64,000 nt of DNA, from NCBI GenBank assembly GCA_019358935.1, contig JAHHIK010000019.1, positions 1 through 64,000 of the forward strand. Direction: 5' to 3'. Shown here piece after piece: positions 63,376-64,000 of this stretch. The DNA comes from Tolypothrix carrinoi HA7290-LM1 (GTDB lineage Bacteria; Cyanobacteriota; Cyanobacteriia; Cyanobacteriales; Nostocaceae). The number at the start of each line of letters is the position of its first letter. Positions within the stretch are counted from its first letter, which is position 1. A program made the translations under genes and the position numbers. The notes below the pieces were generated by a model. The model saw only the letters and a list, made by a program, of their open reading frames with translations. It was not told the origin of the DNA and searched no databases.

Positions 63376-64000
63376 TTATGCCATCGGTTGAGGTTCTTTG
63401 ACTTTCGCTGCCAACGACGTAGGGTCAACCGATTTTAGTTCACCGTGGTTGAGTGTCCAGCAACTGTCAGCGATCGCTAACATATCCCCAGCATCATGTG
63501 TGACAACTAACAGTGTCCAATGTTGCTTCAGTTTCGCCAATAAGTTTACCAATTGCCGACGCATTGACCAATCTAATCCTGCTGTCGGTTCGTCCAGCAG
63601 CAGAACGTGTGGTTGGCGAATCAACTGCACCGCTAAAGCCAAACGTCGCTGCTGACCTCCACTTAAAGCATGAGGTGGTGTACTCAGAGATAAATGCTCT
63701 AATCCGACTTCAGTAAGTGCTTCTTCAACTCGGTTTCTTCCTAGTTCTGGATGCCCCAAACGCAATTCTTCTAAAATAGTACCACCGCAAAAATGCCGCT
63801 CTGGAAACTGAAACACCAATCCGGCTAATTGTTGTAATTGTTCGGCTATAAGTACTTGTTCGCGCCATAAGACTCCGCCAGATGTCGGTTCGGCTAGTCC
63901 TGATAAAATTTCTAGTAAGGTACTTTTGCCGGAACCACTCGGACCAATAATTAAACCTAGTTGTTGCGCTGGTAAGTCCAAATTGAGTGATTTGAGAATT
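63376..64000 (-). CDS. ABC/ECF-type transporter ATP-binding protein (5' end outside window)
   Basis: GPSGSGKST, VFQFPE, LSGGQQRR, LLDEPT. Confidence 0.9.
   Translation of the reverse strand, partial: ILKSLNLDLPAQQLGLIIGPSGSGKSTLLEILSGLAEPTSGGVLWREQVLIAEQLQQLAGLVFQFPERHFCGGTILEELRLGHPELGRNRVEEALTEVGLEHLSLSTPPHALSGGQQRRLALAVQLIRQPHVLLLDEPTAGLDWSMRRQLVNLLAKLKQHWTLLVVTHDAGDMLAIADSCWTLNHGELKSVDPTSLAAKVKEPQPMA

Overview
Chromosomal window from a filamentous, probably heterocyst-forming cyanobacterium (Nostocales-like). This is inferred from dense HIP1 GCGATCGC octamers, STRR heptamer repeats and the psbP, pcyA, devBCA-like and hps genes. Core genes are gloA, an SLH porin, clpB, three GT2 glycosyltransferases, htpG, rpmB, the hormogonium polysaccharide/minor pilin (hps) locus, DUF502-nusB-ftsY, a GAF-PP2C phosphatase, psbP-maf, pcyA, a DevBCA-type exporter and malic enzyme. 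The main accessory signals are: (1) a ~630 bp IS200/IS605-type mini-element with no tnpA or tnpB, holding a ribbon-helix-helix gene divergent from a ~320 nt candidate omega-like RNA with its own promoter and operator; (2) gene accretion at the malic enzyme 3' end, which occurs three times, with cargo genes between direct repeats and one breakpoint inside HIP1; (3) toxin-antitoxin genes between 21/42-nt periodic repeat blocks next to a CHAT-NTPase-FGE protein; (4) 21-nt elements inserted into HIP1 sites, one nested inside another; (5) an intact stand-alone tnpB; (6) a beta-carbonic anhydrase broken by a single stop codon. All product calls come from motif recognition by eye, not database searches.
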